A stretch of 64,000 bases of DNA from the NCBI GenBank assembly GCA_963777605.1, contig CAVZRV010000031.1, positions 448,001 through 512,000 on the forward strand, written 5' to 3'. The notes under the pieces were generated by a model. That model saw only the letters and a list, made by a program, of their open reading frames with translations, made no database searches and was not told where the DNA came from. The translations under genes and the position numbers were made by a program. Source of the DNA: an uncultured Acidobacteriota bacterium. GTDB lineage: Bacteria > Acidobacteriota > UBA6911 > RPQK01 > JAPXNP01. Shown in pieces: positions 60,382-64,000 of the stretch. Within the stretch, counting starts at the first letter, position 1; every line of letters starts with the position of its first letter.

Positions 60382-62194
60382 TCAGGGGTCGAGGTGGGCG
60401 GACTCGGAATCGCCCATCTCGACCCCCGCAGGGAAAATACTCCCTCCATCGAGTCGAGACCCGCGCGCTGATCTCCTCCGAGCAATGGAGTTCCCCGGGG
60501 AAATGAGGCTTCAGCCTGGCGTCGATCACGACCGGGAAGCGGTAGCTGATGTGATTGCGGACCACGGAAGACTGTGCCGCATGGATGTCCGCTGCCGGTT
60601 CGAAACGGGTGAACGTGGTCCAGAGGAAATTCATGCTGCTCCTGGCCGCCCGCTCCGGTTCATCGCTCAGAACAATCAGGGGCCAGTCACGAAATGCCGG
60701 AGAACCGGCAACTCGGTGGGGCAGATCCGGGTCGTCTCTGAATGAGTCACCCCCCACCACGAGGCATCCCGGACAAAAAACCTGGACCACGGTTGCGCCT
60801 CGAGGCAGATCGGCGGCAGAAAACTCCGCCGGCAGAGTTCGTACCGGGTCGCCCAGTCCCATCCAGACTCCTTTTGAACCCTCGTTGACCCTGGGACCGC
60901 TGTAGTCGAGCGTGTCCATGGAGAGGTTGGAAAAGACGTAAAGGTCGGTTTCCGGGTTGGTCCGTTCCAGGACGTGGCACAGAGTCGCCTTGAAGTCCCT
61001 CAGTTCGACCTGCCGATCGGTTACGAGGAGGAATTTCGTCAGCGAAAGCTGCCCCTCGCCCAGGATCCGGAACGCCGAGACCATGGCTTCTCGCCGGTAA
61101 CGCTCCCTGACCCGGGCCGCGGACAGCGAATGGTATCCGGTCTCCCCGTAGGACCAGAGGTCCACCACTGATGGCATTACCAGGGGAAAGACGGGCGACA
61201 GGAGTTCCTGGAGGAGATCTCCAATGAAGAAGTCTTCCTGTCTCGGTTTCCCGACCACCGTCGCGGGGAAGATCGGTTCACGGCGGCGAATCACCCGGTC
61301 AATCTCGAAAACCGGGTAGTCGTGTTGAAGGCTATAGTAGCCGTAGTGATCCCCGAATGGACCCTCCGGCTTTCGGATGTGCGGCATTACCTTTCCGACC
61401 AGTGCAAACTCGGCCGTCGCGGGGACCGGATGGGGACCGAGTCCATCAACTCGCTTCAGACGATGTCCAAGAAGGAACGATGCCAGGAGCAGTTCCGGGA
61501 CGTTTTCTGGAAGTGGAGCGATCGCCGAAAGCAGAAGTGCAGGCGGCCCGCCCAGGAACACGGTTACCGGCAGGGGCTGATTCCTGGCTTCCGCCGCGGC
61601 ATAGTGGAATCCCCCGCCCTTTCCGATTTGCCAGTGCATCCCGGTGCTGTTTCGGCTCTGAACCTGCATCCGGTACATGCCGAGGTTGTGCCCAAGGCCG
61701 TCCGGATGTTCGGTGTACACCAGCGGCAGCGTTAAGAATGGCCCTCCATCCTCCGGCCAGCAAGTCAGAACCGGCAGGCGGTGCAGATCGGGCGCTTCCA
61801 CGACCTCGCCCACAGGGCCCCGGCGGACTCGCCGGGTTCCGGTGCGGAGGAGCGCACCAACGACGTCGCGGGCTTCCCAGATCCGGCCAGCAGTGGGCGG
61901 AAGCAGGTGCTGGGCGGTCTCCACGATCCGGCGGACCAACTGGAGCGGCCGTTTCCCGAACGCCATCTCCGCACGTTTCCGGGTTCCGAAAAGGTTCGTG
62001 ACCAGCGGCACCGCAGAGTTCCGGACGTTCGTGAAGAGGAGAGCCGGCCCGCCGGCCGCAATGACCCGTCGATGGATCTCGGCCACTTCAAGGTGAGCGT
62101 CAACTTCCGCTTCGACCGTGGCCAGGTCTCCATTCCGCTTCAGTTCCGCAAGGAACTGCCGCAGATCCGGAAACCCGTGATGATCTCGACTCAT
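60382..62194 (-). CDS. UbiD-family prFMN-dependent decarboxylase with C-terminal extension (possibly menaquinone/futalosine pathway); frameshift near 60431
   Basis: GPALLF.NV, TNLFGT, WPEDGGPF.TLP, NLGMYRMQ, EGPFGDHYGYYS, VVGKPRQED and MDTLDYSG. Removing one base gives the end YFPAGVEMGDSESAHLDP-stop at 60382, which avoids overlap with the ferredoxin. Confidence 0.88.
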
Positions 62195-62344
62195 GCTTCT
62201 CCACTTCCTTCTTGCCCGCAGGGCCGCCGCCAACTTGACGGTTCGGGCAACCCACCCATAGAATCCGGTCGGTGGAGCACGAGACGCATCAAGCTCGACC
62301 TCGACATCTGCGGAACACCTTTCTTTACTAAAGGACTGAGCAAC

Positions 62345-64000
62345 GTGGCGACACACTATCACGAAATAATGCTGATTTTATCGACGGCAATCCTTCTCGC
62401 CGCCTGCGGATCTCCGGCGCCGGCAAACAAGGCTGAACAGGGATCGGATGAGTTCCAGTACGAGACCGAACAATTCGCCGACATTCGAATTCTCAGATAC
62501 CAGGTCCCGGGGTTTGATTCCCTGCCGCTGCAGGAGAAGAAGTTGCTCTACTACCTTTCTGAGTCCGGTCTCTCCGGCCGCGATATTATCTGGGACCAGA
62601 ACTACCGACACAACCTCCTGATCCGCCACACCCTGGACAACATTGTCCGGACCTACCAGGGAACGCGCGAATCCCCCGACTGGGACGAGTTCATGGTCTA
62701 CACCAAGCGGGTCTGGTTCTCGAATGGAATCCACCACCACTACTCCACCATCAAGCTGGTACCCGGGTTCACGGCCGACTACTTCGCCCAACTGGTTCAC
62801 AACTCCGATGCAACCGGATTCCCCCTGAAGGTGGGCGAGACCGTCGACGACCTGATCGAAATGCTCCGCCCCATCCTCTTCGACCCGACCGTGGATGCCA
62901 AGAAAGTCAACCTGGCCGACGATGCCGACAAGGTTCTGGATTCCGCTACGAATTTCTACGGTCCCAACCTGACCGAGAAAGAGGTCGAGGACTTTTATGC
63001 CAAGCGGATCTCCAAGGACGAGCCTAACCCCATCTCGTACGGGCTCAATTCACAACTGGTCAAGGAGAACGGAAAGATCTTCGAGCGGACCTGGAAGGTC
63101 GGGGGAATGTACTCCCCTGCCCTCGAGCGCGTCGTCTACTGGCTGGAACAGGCAGCTTCGGTGGCGGAGACACCTCAACAGAAAAAGGTCATCGACGTCC
63201 TGGCAGACTTCTTCCGTACCGGGGACCTCCGCACCTTTGACGACTACAGTATCGACTGGGTCGAGGAGACTCAAACCAACGTCGATTTCATCAACGGGTT
63301 CATCGAGGTCTACGGCGATCCGCTCGGCTACCGCGGTTCGTTCGAGTCGATCGCCTACTTCACCGACCCCGAAGCGACCCGAAGGATCGATACGCTGAGC
63401 AGGAATGCCCAGTGGTTCGAAGACCACTCGCCGATTCTTCCCAACCACAAGAAGAAGGAAGTCAAGGGCATTTCGGCGAAGGTGATCACGGTTGCCGGAG
63501 AAGCTGGAGACTCTTCTCCATCCACTCCCATCGGAATCAATCTGCCCAATGCGAACTGGATCCGCAAGGAGTACGGCTCGAAATCGGTCAACCTGGGCAA
63601 CATCGTTCATGCCTACTACGAGTCCTCGAAATCGGGCGGCGTACTCGAAGAATTTGCCTACAGCGAGCATGAAATCGAGCGAAGCCGGGAGTACGGGGGG
63701 CTTGCCGACAACCTGCATACCGACCTTCACGAAGTGATTGGACACGCCTCGGGCCAGATCGAGCCGGGAGTCGGAACGCCGAAGGAGACGCTCAAGAGTT
63801 ACGCTTCTACCCTTGAAGAGGCGCGGGCCGACCTCGTCGCCCTTTACTACCTGATGGACCCAAAGCTGGTGGAACTCGGAGTGATGCCCTCTCTCGAAGT
63901 CGGCAAGGCGGCCTACGATGACTTCATTCGCAATGCGCTTCTCGTCCAATTGGCCAGAATCAAGCCGGGTGAGAACATTGAAGAAGCCCACATGCGGAAC
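62345..64000 (+). CDS. Dipeptidyl-peptidase III (peptidase M49) lipoprotein, 3' end beyond window
   Basis: Not in the ORF track because it runs off the edge. Reads ...MLILSTAILLAACG...EQFADIRILRYQVPGF..L...EKKLLYYL...GRDIIWDQN, NGFIEVYGDPLG, GINLPNA.WIRK.YGSKSV, HEVIGH zinc motif and LEEARADL. Confidence 0.92.
   Translation, partial: MATHYHEIMLILSTAILLAACGSPAPANKAEQGSDEFQYETEQFADIRILRYQVPGFDSLPLQEKKLLYYLSESGLSGRDIIWDQNYRHNLLIRHTLDNIVRTYQGTRESPDWDEFMVYTKRVWFSNGIHHHYSTIKLVPGFTADYFAQLVHNSDATGFPLKVGETVDDLIEMLRPILFDPTVDAKKVNLADDADKVLDSATNFYGPNLTEKEVEDFYAKRISKDEPNPISYGLNSQLVKENGKIFERTWKVGGMYSPALERVVYWLEQAASVAETPQQKKVIDVLADFFRTGDLRTFDDYSIDWVEETQTNVDFINGFIEVYGDPLGYRGSFESIAYFTDPEATRRIDTLSRNAQWFEDHSPILPNHKKKEVKGISAKVITVAGEAGDSSPSTPIGINLPNANWIRKEYGSKSVNLGNIVHAYYESSKSGGVLEEFAYSEHEIERSREYGGLADNLHTDLHEVIGHASGQIEPGVGTPKETLKSYASTLEEARADLVALYYLMDPKLVELGVMPSLEVGKAAYDDFIRNALLVQLARIKPGENIEEAHMRN

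Noticed and set aside
63050-63991. 313-aa minus-strand ORF
   Set aside because: Antisense to the DPP III gene, which the ORF track omitted because it runs off the window.

Overview
A GC-rich bacterial window, probably from Acidobacteriota: it has a GWxTD-domain protein, an Oar-type TonB-dependent receptor, CRTAC1/ASPIC-UnbV proteins and many TPR lipoproteins. Most of it is a large carbohydrate-utilisation region with GH2, GH32, three DUF4091/GH123-like genes, GH20-like and GH101/129-like enzymes, a BNR propeller, an esterase, a sulfatase-TPR, a GMC oxidoreductase with its Tat partner subunit, DUF5107-TPR and the TonB receptor. Housekeeping genes flank it (UvrD, ABC exporter, MscS, ferredoxin, UbiD, DPP III), and a RAYT transposase sits between REP clusters. 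The most unusual locus is a five-gene operon at 32041-37880: two paralogous AlkP-superfamily (COG3379-like) enzymes predicted to lie on opposite sides of the inner membrane, a small ribbon-helix-helix-like protein with a stand-alone 'RLxxLGY' tail, a membrane protein resembling archaeal DUF106/EMC3-TMCO1 (Oxa1-superfamily) insertases, and a PAPS-dependent sulfotransferase. About 13 reading-frame breaks interrupt otherwise intact genes and most likely reflect uncorrected long-read errors. All family calls come from reading motifs by eye; no database search was run.
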